From Octopus sinensis (Eukaryota): DNA of 64,000 bases. The position numbers and the translations under genes were made by a program. The stretch lies in the NCBI RefSeq assembly GCF_006345805.1, contig NC_043005.1, forward strand, positions 16,430,001 to 16,494,000, written 5' to 3'. Below the pieces are notes generated by a model that was not told the DNA's origin, did not search any database, and worked only from the letters and a program-made list of their open reading frames with translations. Shown here one piece after another: positions 26,189 through 39,498 of the stretch (position 1 is its first letter; every line of letters starts with the position of its first letter).

Positions 26189-26499
26189 TTGAATATCTTA
26201 ATTCACTACATAATGTATATTAGCACCAACCTCACTATGTGTAACTTAGTCTGGGAAGGTCTGAATGGGTTATGGACACAGACATTCCATCCAGACAAAG
26301 ACATCAAAAATATTACAAAAATAAACAGTGCAATAAAGCAGTAAAACAGCGCCACCTCCACTTCACCAAAGTTGTCTCCCTTCACCAAAGCAATAATTAA
26401 GATTGGAGAATGGCTGTTAGGCAATTAAAAATATAATTCAAAGTAATACAAAGTCATAAAAAAAAACATACAACAAAATCAATCATGTAAAACAAATAA

Positions 26500-26511
26500 G
26501 AAAGAAAGAAA

Positions 26512-26548
<37 letters not shown>

Positions 26549-26572
26549 AAAAAGAAAGAAAGAAAGAAGGAA

Positions 26573-26641
<69 letters not shown>

Positions 26642-26644
26642 GTA

Positions 26645-26676
<32 letters not shown>

Positions 26677-26845
26677 AGAGAGACAGAAAAAGGAAGGAAG
26701 AAAGGATGGAAGGAAGGAAGTTAGAAAGAAAGAAAGAAAGAGGGAGGAGGGGAAGGAAGAAAAGAGAGAAAGAAAAAGGAAGGAAGGAAAGAAGGAAGGA
26801 AGGAAGGAAGGAAGGAAGGAAGGAAGGAAGGAAGGAAGGAAATAG
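26500..26845. repeat. Polypurine microsatellite (GAAA)n/(GGAA)n
   Basis: Direct reading. Confidence 0.95.
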
Positions 26846-28887
26846 AGCTGGGCTTCTCAACCCCGTAGTATTATATAATTATTTGAAACCTGAGTACAAA
26901 GAACAACAGGACACCCAATAACATTAGAAATTTGAGACAAACCATGACAATAAGAACAACTACAACAATATTTCATAATTTAGGGTAAGTAACATCAACA
27001 GTAATAAAAAAAACAACACAACAATTGCAACAATAACAACAACTATTTTTGCAAAAATTCATAACAGCTGACATTTTAACAGTGATTTTACTCCTTGTTT
27101 TCCTAGAAAAACTCTTCCCCAAAACAAACATTCCAAACTTTCACGAATGTATTAATTAATAGCTATCACAATGAGTTTTGTTGTGTTAATTATGTGAATG
27201 TGGAATGTGGAGGTCAAAGGGTGGATAAAGGTGGACAGTGGAAGGGGCGTTTAGAGGAAACTGAAGTAAATCCTTTTATAAACAAACTCCCAATCTGCAA
27301 TGCTTTCATCATCATCGTTTAACGTCCGCTTTCCATGCTAGCATGCGTTGGACGATTTTGACTGAGGACCAGCAAACCAGATGGCTGCGCCGGACTCCAA
27401 TCTGATTTGGCAGAGTTTCTACAGCTGGATGCCCTTCCTAACACCAACCACTCTGAGAGTATAGTGGGTGCTTTTAAGTGCCACCAGCACGAGGGCCAGT
27501 CAAGCGGTACTGGCAACAGCCATGCTCAAATGGTGCTTATTATGTGCCACCTGCACAGGAGTCAGTCCAGTGGCACTGGCAACGACCTCGCTCAAATGTT
27601 TTTTCAAGTGTCACCAGCACAAGTGCCAGTAAGGCGACACAGGTAACGATCACACGCTTGAATGCAGATTCATTGTAGTTAAATATATTTCTTCTGGGTG
27701 GGATAAAGACCCATCCCAAATATGGTTTTTTTTCCCTGGTTAGATGACCATCATCAAAAAAGCAAAGTAAGTCTCCCTCTCTTTCTCTCTGGGAGCTGTG
27801 AAGTAAAACTGTGCTTGTTTCAGTAGTGAAAAAAAGGATAATGGGTAATGGGTAAAGACCCCTTCGGTCCGGAATGACATTGAGATTGCACCAAGAAAGA
27901 AAGTCCCCCTCCAAGGAACAAGTCCAGACAAGGTTGTTTATAGAAGACCAGCAGCCACCCATGCATGGCTGCCCCCACTCTCCATGCCACCGATGTTATC
28001 CAAGGGAAAGGCAAAGGCCGATACAGCTTGGCACCAGTGACGTCGCAACTCATTTCTACAGCTGAGTGAACTGGAGCAACGTGAAATAAAGTGTCTTGCT
28101 CAAGAACACAACACATAGTCTGGACTGGGAATTGAACTCACAACCCCAAAATTGTAAGCCCCATAGCTCTAATCACTGAGCCACGTGCCTTTGCAATTTT
28201 CAGCAATGTGTACACTGAAATTGGAACACACTTCAGTAGAGTGATATGGCCCTTGTACAAAGACCACAAACACAAATGTGAAGTGTTTTATTGGTTTTAT
28301 TTCTCTCCATCCAACAAAAGGGTCTCTATTCAGTATTCAGACCAGCTAGAAATAGCAGCCAAATAATAAATCACATTTTAAAAAAAGAAGAACATGTCAT
28401 CATATGATGTAGTCTAAGATATACAAAAGGATGAAATGGTAATGGCGGGAGGGGACATTTAATCATTGATTTATTAGATGAAGGCTGACCTAAGACCAAA
28501 AAAACACAGCAAATAAATTTGATGCAGAGTCATCAATAAACGACTGTGATGTGATGTCTTAATATAAAGCAAAATCCAATGACTTCAAAGTCACTGTCAA
28601 TGAAATCCCACACTTGTGGTGAGTCGGTGAATATTTGTTGTAATTATGCTTCTAAAAACCTTCACGTGCATGTGTGTATGACTGTCTGTGTGTATTTCCA
28701 ACAAAGGCTTGCAGTCTGAAACTTCAAAATCATTATCACCCCTCTCCTTGTAAAAGCTTAATAAACATGTACTTTGATAAAAAGTATTATGTAATTTTTC
28801 AATTTAATCTTACATTGTTTTTATATATAACTTGACAAAAATAAACCTTATCAACATCTAGTCAAATTTGCTCTGATAAATGTAATC

Positions 28888-28920
<33 letters not shown>

Positions 28921-29130
28921 GTATCAAATGAAATAAAATGAAAACCAGGACACAAAGGATGTTGCGCTACATATGTTTCGAGCTTTATAGAACAACTTAT
29001 TCTTACATCAATTCTGATATTAAAGGGTTGAATATCTTATTGATGTAAGAATAAGTTGTTCTATAAAGCTCGAAACATACGTACTGCAACATCCTTTGTG
29101 TCCTGGTTTTCATTTTATTTCATTTGATAC
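28921..29130. repeat. Foldback: 92-bp inverted repeat, 26-nt spacer
   Basis: 28921-29012 vs 29039-29130, 3 mismatches, flanked by TA repeats. Confidence 0.9.
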
Positions 29131-29205
29131 ATATATCCTCTCACCTATGCTACTAGCTGGCATATACAGGTGCTTACATTTATCAAGTATTCACCCTGAA
29201 TTTAT

Positions 29206-29242
<37 letters not shown>

Positions 29243-29249
<7 letters not shown>

Positions 29250-29375
29250 AATTATTAGAGTTACCACTAGGTGGATAGCTCTAGTGCTAAAAATAGCTCC
29301 AATAGTATAGCCACAGAAATGATGTTTCCAACTAGAGCTATCCACATAGTGGTAGCTCTCTAATAATTTATGTAT
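29243..29375. repeat. Foldback/MITE: ~43-bp inverted repeat
   Basis: atacataaattattagagttaccactaggtggatagctctagt vs actagagctatccacatagtggtagctctctaataatttatgtat. Confidence 0.85.
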
Positions 29376-29656
29376 AAATTTGTATTTTCTCCCTAGTTTT
29401 TTGTGCTAAGCCACTCGGTGTCAAATTAATGGTATTATTAAATTAATATCGATTTTTCACCCTCATTTATAAATTTATATATATATATATATATATTACA
29501 AACTCACAAACATACATATAAACACAGATAGACAATTAAAAACTTATCTACCCCAGCCTAAAACAAAGTTTGTACCTTTAAAACTTAGTGAGAAAGACAA
29601 AGAACAAGAAAATGAAATACTATAAGAAGAATCAGATGGAAGTAAGCAAGTCTTAC

Positions 29657-29833
29657 CTGTATGTGATATTCTGCCAGAACTTTCTGGGCAAACACATCAT
29701 TAACCTGAAATTCCTCGTTGTTGTTCAACGTGTCTTCATCATTTGATTGAGGGTTGGCATGTTGAGGCATGTTATTTTCCAGTTTGTTTAGGGTCCGATC
29801 CATAAAATCCAAATGGTGCTGGATTAGAGTCAT
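29657..29833 (-). CDS. Coding exon ending in VNDVFAQKVLAEYHIQ
   Basis: Pyrimidine tract ...ctctctctttgaag|ATG; 177 nt, phase 0-0; donor CAG|GTAAGA. An alternative in-frame acceptor ctaatccag| lies 15 nt downstream. Confidence 0.8.
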
Positions 29834-30077
29834 CTTCAAAGAGAGAGATTAAAAAGAAAATGAAGGGAAAAATATCAATAACAGACTGTATGGAGGCTGT
29901 TGTTAGAAGCTTTTTAATTACTTTTTCAAAGCAGCCCTTAGGCTGATGTTTTATAGAGGATTTGTCCAAAACTTGACTTGAAGGGTGAATGAGCTCTATT
30001 TTGTACTCTATGTTCCTAACAGAATACACCTTAACTATATACATACACATATATAATATATATATATATATATATAG

Positions 30078-30108
<31 letters not shown>

Positions 30109-30167
30109 ACTTTATTTAAGCAGCTGAAAATTCAACAAAACCTGTTACTCTGAGTTTCCCGTTGCCG

Positions 30168-30214
<47 letters not shown>

Positions 30215-31859
30215 CTATATATACATACATATACATATATTTATATATGTATATGTTTCTCTTGGATAACATTGGTGGCACGGAGAGGGGAGGCCGGTAT
30301 GCATGGCCAACTGCTGGTCTTCCATAAACAACCATGCCCGGACTTGTGCCTGGGAGGGTAACTTTCTAGGTGCAATCCTATGGTCAGTCATGACCAAAGG
30401 GGTTCTCAATATATACACACACACACACACACCACACACATAGATATGTAGTAACAGACAGATATAGACATAGATACAAATAAACACACATACATATACA
30501 TCATTGTCACCATTCTTCAAGAAAGTCAAACAGAATTTTGTCAAAGCAGAATTTTATACAGTTAGAAGCCCTTTGGTCACCAATCCTCTCCTGTTTCCAA
30601 ATAAGGTAATATTTTCTTTTGGCCAGATCTGTTTCCACGGAAGACTAGAAAGACATGACACTGTTTATGTGATGATGACACTGACTACTTTTATGCAATA
30701 TCAAGAAAGGACACACGGACACACATATATACATCATCATCACTATATAACATCCATATTTCATGCCACCATGGGTTGATGGTTTGGCAAGGATCCAATG
30801 AGTCAAGGGCTGTATTGTTCTCCAGTTTTTTTTTTAGCATGGTTTCCATGGCTGGATGCCCTTCCTAATGCCAACCACTTTACAAGGTGTGCTGGGTGCT
30901 TTTTAAGTGGTACTAGCAGTTGAGATCACTAAACACCCAAGAGAGGATGATGTTACCTCTGCATGTTAGATGGGGGCTAAGGTATGAGGGAAGAGGTTGG
31001 AGTAGAGCAGGTTCTGGTTGCAGAGGAGCTGCACGGCGACTCGCATTTAGGAGAGAGAATAAGAATGAACACATAATTCACACAATACATGATTCTTTCA
31101 ATTTCTATCTAAAAAGTTCACTCACAAGGCTTTTGTTGGCCCGGTTCTATAGTCTTTTCTTTTATTCATTCATTCATTATATTGGCCATAAAGGCCTGGC
31201 ATAGAAGGGAAGCTACGGGCTGGACATAGACATAATGTTATGAAATGACAAATGAAAATGATGATAAATGAGGGCAACAATAAATGCCCACCGATTGCTG
31301 CTTACCCGAGAACATTGATCTTTTATATTTCATTCACGAGGCAACAAGCCTCTTACATTTTTCACAATTCAATAACAAAAATGAGGCACTAAGCCTCTTA
31401 CCTTATTTTCAATTATAAACTTTCATAATTGTCGCTGGATCTACTTCAGGAATTTCTCAGTCTTTGGAGTATATACCAAATGATGGAGACAGAGAATGGA
31501 ATACAATGCATGATTAATTCAAAACATTCATTGTGAGCTATAAAGTTCTCATATATTCCATTTTCCATCTCTATCATATGTTATATATAAATATATATAT
31601 ATTCTTTTATTTGTTTCAGTCATTTGACTGCATCCATTATGGAGCACCACCTTAGTCAAACAAAATGACCCCAGGACTTATTCTTTGTAAGCCTAGTACT
31701 TATTCTATCGGTTTTCTTTTGCTGAACTGCTAAGTTATGGGGACGTAAACACAACAACATTGGTTGTCAAGTGGTAGTGGGGGGGAAAACACAGACACAC
31801 ACGCAAACCACACACTACCATATACATATACATATAATACATCATATATATATAATATA

Positions 31860-31897
<38 letters not shown>

Positions 31898-33536
31898 GAA
31901 TTTACAAAAAAAAAAGATGAAGACAGGTGTGTAAACAACAAACAGATGTATTAGTTTAACGCTTGGGAAGGTGAGAAAGTCTTTTACATTCAATTTCAAG
32001 CCTATACTCTTTGACAGAAAGGAACACAGAAATAAAAAGGGACAGAAAATAGAAAAAGGTTTAGTGGCTAGAGATCTATCATATATATATATATATGACA
32101 GGCTTTTAGTTTCTGTCTACCAATCCACACAGAAGGCTTTGGTCAGCCCGAGGCTATAGTAGAAGACACTTGCCCAAGGTGCCACGCAGTGGGACTGAAC
32201 CCGGAACCATGTGGTTGGTAAGCAAGCTACTTACCACACAGCCTCTCCTGCGAGGACTACGGCCATGATAGATCAATGCTTTCAGAAGTTTTAGTTATTT
32301 CTATAGTCTTGTGCTTATTTTATTGATCCCTGAGATTATTTATTCACACTGAATGAATCACGCATTGTTTCATAGCATTGAGATTTCAGTGAAGCGATTG
32401 TTCGTTTTTAGAATGACATTGTAGGGTAGTTGGGAAAGGCCAGATATGGCCTGTTTGAACATAAAACAAGGGAGGATATTTGGCAAATTTAAATGCTGAA
32501 AGGTTAAAGGTACACATGTCTGTGGAATATTCAGACACTGTGAGCAAATAGTTTGGTTGACCAAACGAGTGAACACTGGTTACAGGAAATTTTTATCAGC
32601 ATCCATCAATATTGATTATTGTTAGATTAGCAGAATTGACAGAATCATTAGAACCTTAGATAAAATGAGCTGGCAGAAACGTTAGCGCACCGGGCGAAAC
32701 ATTTAGCAGTATTTCATTTGTCTTTACACTCTGAGTTCAAATTCCACCAAGGTTGACTTTGCCTTTCATCCCTTCGGGGTCAATAAATTAAGTACCAGTT
32801 GTGTACTGGGGTTGATCTACTCAACTGGCCCCCTCCCCAAAAATTTCAGGCCTTGTGCCTAGAGAAGAAAAGAATAAAGGCAGTGAGCTGGCAGAAACGT
32901 TAGCATGCCGGGCAAAATGCTTAGCAGTATTTCATCTGCCGTTACGTTCTGAGTTCAAATTCCACCGAGGTTGACTTTGCCTTTCATCCTTTCAGGGTCG
33001 ATAAATTAAGTACCAGTTGCATACTGGAGTTGATCTAATCAACTGGCCCCTCCCCAAAAATTTCAGACTTTGTGCCTAGAGAAGAAAAGAGTATTTGTTC
33101 CAACTCTGTATATTCTGAGTTCAAATCCTGTCTAAGTCACCTATGCTTTTCAACCCTACAGGGTTGATAAAATAAAATATTAGTTTAGTACTAGGATTGA
33201 TATAATCACTCATCACCTCCCTTCAAAATTCCTAGCCTTGTGCCTAAATTAGATACTTTTTGTTTGTTTTTTCTTGGGGGAAATTATTTGATTAGTACAA
33301 TCCACTCTCAGAAGACTAGGTCATGTGAGTCACTTCTGTTGCATTGTCACATTTCAGGCAATAACCTTTCTTCATTCCTATTGGGATCTCATGTAACTCA
33401 AGCCAAGTCCTAGTGATCACAACACAGCACTAGGGTCAAATGACACACTACAACAGAGATATTGTAGGCAAAGGGTATCAACAGAAGATAACCCATCATC
33501 ATCATCATCATCATCATCTCTCTCTCTCTCTCTCCC

Positions 33537-33570
<34 letters not shown>

Positions 33571-34039
33571 CTCCCTCTCTCTCTCCCTCTCTGAAAACTA
33601 ACCTTTATGCCTTGTCAAAGGAAACTTGAAATGAAGAAATTCTGAAGATCATAATCCTTGTAACATTCACTCACATTAATTTAGCCCCAAATGTTGCTGT
33701 TTCTCAGAAAGTTAAGGAAGTTCTTAGAGGTATGACATTACAAAGTATGTGCTGATATTCTAACCGAAGTTCTTCAAACATGCTGAGTCGGCAGAAAGGG
33801 AATTGTGGTCGGTTTACTTATTAGTATTGAAAAAATTTCACTACCAAAACATATGGCACTCATATTGTGTAACAGTCTGTGAACCATTTACTTAAACACG
33901 CACACACACACACACACACACACGCACACACACACACACACACCACACACACACACAAAAGCAAGTTATACATTGAAACAAGAAATAAACACAAAAACAC
34001 ATAAATACTGTACACACTCACAGAAAACTTTGCAAAGAC

Positions 34040-34520
34040 ACACACACAAACACACACAGAGGAAGACATGCATATACACACACAAACACACACAGAGGAA
34101 GATATGCATATACACACACAAACACACACAGAGGAAGACATGCATATACACACACAAACACACACTGAGGAAGACATGCATATACACACACAAACACACA
34201 CACAGAGGAAGACATGCATATACACACACACAAACACACACAGAGGAAGACATGCATATACACACACAAACACACACAGAGGAAGACATGCATATACACA
34301 CACAAACACACACACAGACGAAGACATGCATATACACACACACAAACACACACAGAGGAAGACATGCATATACACACACAAACACACACAGAGGAAGACA
34401 TGCATATACACACACAAACACACACAGAGGAAGACATGCATATACACACACAAACACACACAGAGGAAGACATGCATATACACACACAAACACATACAGA
34501 GGAAGACATTCATATACACA
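34040..34520. repeat. Minisatellite, 13 copies of a 36-38-nt unit (ACACACACAAACACACACAGAGGAAGACATGCATAT)
   Basis: GAGGAAGACATGCATA core counted 13 times between 34059 and 34499. Confidence 0.95.
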
Positions 34521-37500
34521 CACAAACTCACAAAGATACACATACACATGTACACACCCACCAAGAGCCATATACACGCAGTATATACAATTTCATAATC
34601 ATTCTAGAAATGTAGGAGCTGAAAAATACAACAGCTGTTTGTCATTGTGTTAGTGGAGCCGACAGTCTTGGAGAATGGTCTCGGATCAGCGACTTCACTT
34701 TCTACACAACTGCCGGCGCTTCAGAAACGGCAGACTTTTCAGATGACTACATTCACACATGGAATATAACACACACACACACACACCCATGTACAAATAT
34801 CTTTCTTTAACACATACATATTCATATATGGTAACTACACATAAAAGTGTATATGCATGCATATTGTATCTTGGGAAGGTCAAATAGTTTTATATATACA
34901 TATATATTATATATATATATATAAAAATAATAGATGTAGTAAAGTGAAGAAGAGAAAAAGTACTCGAAACTCGTCACAGAGGTCAAATATTTGTATTAAC
35001 AGATTGTTATTTAAATCTACATTACTCAAAGTTTCATGGACAGTGAAACACATCTGATCCTTCAGATGCTGTTGATCTAAGTAGCAAGGCAACCATATGT
35101 TCGAAAGAAGATTGATAACCATTGTAAGTATGTTCCTGTCTACACATCACTTCGAACGATGTACACTAGGACAGAAAAAATACAGCTCTTGTTCCAGTCA
35201 TCCACATGTGAATTGATTCTGGTAGTAACTGTTAAAATGAATCAAGCTATTTGTTGAAGGTATTCTGTTTTCCCAAGGAAGTGATTTATAGAGTGACCCT
35301 ATTTTTATGAGATGGCAGCCATAAGAATTACACATGACTCACAATGAATAAGTTCAAAGCCATACAATGTCAGTTCTAGGGGCAGAGAAAATTTCACATC
35401 TTGACCTGTTTTATCTTGAGATTTTGGATCCAAAGAAGTGACCTACCCAGCACCATCTGGAGCACACTCAACAAAGCCTCCTTCTTATTCACATGGAGCA
35501 CCAATTTGCTGTCCTTGTCTCTCTCTCTCTCTGACAAACTACACATATAGAAAGACACTGTAGTATTTTAACAAGAAGGTTCCATTTTCATACTACTGCC
35601 AGCAACGAAACTCCCTAGCAGTTAATTTTAAGGCATAAGATCAGGGGTTCTCAACCATTTTTTATCTTTGGACCCAACTCTGATTGCTATTTTATTCTAG
35701 TTGACCCCTGTAGCCATTCAATGTTTAAAAACAAATTTTATGACATGTGAAAAGCACCATTCTAACATGATCATTGCCAGCGTCGCATTACCGGCACATA
35801 TGCTGGTGGCACGTGAAAAACAACATTCAAGCGTGGTTGTTGACAGTGCCGCCAGACTGACTCCTGTGCAGGTAGCACGTAAAAACACCTTTTGAGTGCG
35901 AGCATGGTCATTGCCAGAACCGCCTGACTGGCCCTCATACTGGTGGTACAAAAAAAGCACCCACTACACTCTTAAAGTGGTTGGCGTTAACACACCAGCA
36001 TCGGTTGTCAAGCAATGTTGGGGTGACAAACACAGACTCACAAACACATACACACATATATATACATATACATATATACAACAGGCTTCTTTCGGTTTCC
36101 ATCTACCAAATCCACTCACAAGGCTTTGGTCGGCCTGAGGCTGTAGTAGAAGACACTTGCCCAAGGTGCCACGCAGTGGGACTGAACCCAGAACCGTGTG
36201 GTTGGTAAGCAAGCTACTTACCACACAGCCACTCCTGCTTTAATCAACTGCATAACCTGGTCCTGAATTAACAAGTAATTAACTGAGCATTCTACAATCA
36301 CATGTTAACATTATTTTCGAGCAGATTCAGCATTATACAGTGTGTGACAAGGGTATACCTTTTGAATTACAGGTACAGTCTATCCAATAGGATTCTCTAC
36401 AGTTTCCATCTATCTGGTTTCTCCCATAAGGTATGGACTGGCTCAAAGCATAAGAAAATAACATTTGCTCAAAACCCCATGCAGTGTGATGAGACTCTGA
36501 ACTTTGCGAGTGTAAAACAAACACATTGACCTTTGGCCATACTGTGCCTACACGTGTGTGCATGTATGTGCATTGCATGTGTATGTGTGTGTGAGTGTGT
36601 GCATGCATGCATGCCTGCATACCATTATACTGATTTACTGGTTTTGTGACACAAACCCTACCTGTTGAGGCAAGTGAAAATCAAAATCAAAATCAAAATC
36701 GATCAACATCAATGGAAATTGTAGCTGTGATACCAGTGCCGGTGGCACGTAAGAGAACCATCCGAATGTGGCCATTGCCAGTGCCAGCCCGACTGGCCTC
36801 CGTGCTGGTGGCACGTAAAAAGCACCATCCGGTCGTGGCCATTTGCCAGCCTCATCTGGCACCTGTGCAGGTGGCACGTAAAAAGCACCCACTACACTCA
36901 CGGACTGGTTGGCGTTAGGAAGGGCATCCAGCTGTAGAAACACTGCTAGATTAGACTGGGCCTGGCGCAGCCTTCTGGTTTCCCAGACCCCAGTTAAAAC
37001 GTCCAACCCATGCTAGCATGGAAAACGGACGTTAAACGATGATGATGAGGATGATGAATCACTGAATAATGGGTATACTTCAAGGGCAGTTAACTAAATC
37101 AAAACCAGATTGTATGATGCCTGTGTATGAAGTGCAATGCTGCATGGTAGAGAAACATGAACACTTAATGTGAATGATGTGCAAAGACTGGAAAGGAATG
37201 AAGCAAGTGTGCTCCAGTAGATGTTTAATGTTAGCGAGTATGAATGATGGAGGAGTGAAAAAAGAAAATTAGCTGAGAGAAATAGTGGGTAAGAAACGAA
37301 ATCATAAAGATGGGTGGATGTGTGTGGGTGTGTATTCATGTATGTATAATGTAAAGCCAGGAAATGGTTATATTCATTAATAATTTAACCAAAATATACA
37401 TTCTCCCACGTCACATATATGTACAGACATAGACATTCACACACACACACATACTTTTGTATGTGTATATAAATATTATATTACATATAACATACACATG

Positions 37501-38244
37501 AAGGTATATATATATATATATATGATGTATATATATATATATATGTATGTGTGGATGTATGTGAAAAAATATATATGTATTATATATATATATATATAAT
37601 ATATATGTATGTATATATATAGATATATATAAATAAGTACTTAAACATAAATAAGCTGATACATCTAAATATGTCAGCTTGGTTGTGCGTAAATATGTAT
37701 ATATGAATGTATATACATATCAGTGTGTGTATGTGTGTCAGTACATACCATTCCTCTATATGAGCAGATAATATTGCATTTTTAAAAATTCAGCAGAATG
37801 AACAAAAATTCTTTGACTCTCTAGCAGAAGTCAGAAAATATTTGGGGTATATCCCTAGGCATCGATAACTTCGAGATAGGGGGGTAACACCTACTTTATT
37901 TCTATCGTAAGGGTAGGCTAAGATTATATATCAAATGGAACGACACTTCCTCTTGGAATTGGTAAGCTGAGAAATAGCTGATGGAAGCTTAAATGATGCC
38001 AAGATAATTGAGTTCTAAGACTGTAACTGGAATATTTCAGTGAAAGTAGGGTTTTAAATTATGTCCAGCATTTATTAACCGCATTAGCAGCACCGATTAT
38101 GCATTCATATGTAAACATATTTGTATGTGTGTATGTATGTATGTATGTATGTACATATGTACTCTTTTATTGTTTCAATCATTCAATCATTTGACTGTGG
38201 CCACGTGAGTGGATTTGGTAGACGGAAACTCAAAGAAGCCTGTC

Positions 38245-38282
<38 letters not shown>

Positions 38283-38314
38283 GAAAGAATGGAGTTGAAC
38301 GACGATTTAACAAA

Positions 38315-38415
38315 ATTCCTTTATTCTCGACATATGTTTCAAAGACTGCATATTCCTAATTCCAAAGGAATAAGGGGTGCATTATGCCACCTTCTCATCA
38401 GGAAAGACAAGGAAC
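38315..38415 (-). ncRNA. Type I hammerhead ribozyme motif with intact core (Penelope-type), sense to host gene
   Basis: Minus strand gttcctt-gtc-tttc CTGATGA gaag...cttt GAAA catatg TC gaga-ata-aaggaat: stem I 4+7 bp with a 3x3 loop, palindrome ACATATGT, GUC triplet. Confidence 0.7.
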
Positions 38416-39253
38416 TTATGTCAGCATCATGACGAACAAAAATTTTTAGATGACTGCCCACACGGAGTCCATAGTAGGATAATTCATTCAACTACTTATA
38501 TATATATATATGTATATATATTATATATATGATGTATGAATACATATATATATGTATGTGTGGATGTATGTGAAAAAATATATATGTATTATATATATAT
38601 ATATAATATATATGTATGTATATATATAGATATATATAAATAAGTACTTAAACATAAATAAGCTGATACATCTAAATATGTCAGCTTGGTTGTGCGTAAA
38701 TATGTATATATGAATGTATATACATATCAGTGTGTGTATGTGTGTCAGTACATACCATTCCTCTATATGAGCAGATAATATTGCATTTTTAAAAATTCAG
38801 CAGAATGAACAAAAATTCTTGACTCTCTAGCAGAAGTCAGAAAATATTTGGGGTATATCCCTAGGCATCGATAACTTCGAGATAGGGGGGTAACACCTAC
38901 TTTATTTCTATCGTAAGGGTAGGCTAAGATTATATATCAAATGGAACGACACTTCCTCTTGGAATTGGTAAGCTGAGAAATAGCTGATGGAAGCTTAAAT
39001 GATGCCAAGATAATTGAGTTCTAAGACTGTAACTGGAATATTTCAGTGAAAGTAGGGTTTTAAATTATGTCCAGCATTTATTAACCGCATTAGCAGCACC
39101 GATTATGCATTCATATGTAAACATATTTGTATGTGTGTATGTATGTATGTATGTATGTACATATGTACTCTTTTATTGTTTCAATCATTCAATCATTTGA
39201 CTGTGGCCACGTGAGTGGATTTGGTAGACGGAAACTCAAAGAAGCCTGTCGTG

Positions 39254-39284
<31 letters not shown>

Positions 39285-39316
39285 GAAAGAATGGAGTTGA
39301 ACGACGATTTAACAAA

Positions 39317-39417
39317 ATTCCTTTATTCTCGACATATGTTTCAAAGACTGCATATTCCTAATTCCAAAGGAATAAGGGGTGCATTATGCCACCTTCTCAT
39401 CAGGAAAGACAAGGAAC
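39317..39417 (-). ncRNA. Second copy of the same hammerhead motif (tandem duplication, +1002 nt)
   Basis: Sequence reads identical to 38315-38415. Confidence 0.65.
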
Positions 39418-39498
39418 TTATGTCAGCATCATGACGAACAAAAATTTTTAGATGACTGCCCACACGGAGTCCATAGTAGGATAATTCATTCAACTACT

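Noticed and set aside
31981-32021. Minus-strand cttt-CTGTCAA-agagt..gctt-GAAA...TA-aaag as a hammerhead
   Set aside because: The core deviates at conserved positions and stem III is not paired; topology only suggestive.
34040-34520. Regularly spaced repeat as a CRISPR array
   Set aside because: No unique spacers, eukaryotic context, no cas genes.
33860-34653. Long ORFs (up to 234 aa) on both strands
   Set aside because: They are translations of the 36-38-nt minisatellite. The many [12 protein letters not shown] ORFs elsewhere are likewise microsatellite artefacts.
34616-34840. + strand frame with GEWSRISDFTFYTT, reminiscent of an FN3 G strand
   Set aside because: Too short, no convincing donor, and no other + strand exons found.
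35020-35075. Minus-strand CTGAAGGA...CTGTCCATGAAAC as a hammerhead
   Set aside because: Core and stem II are too degenerate to call; may be an old Penelope-type remnant.
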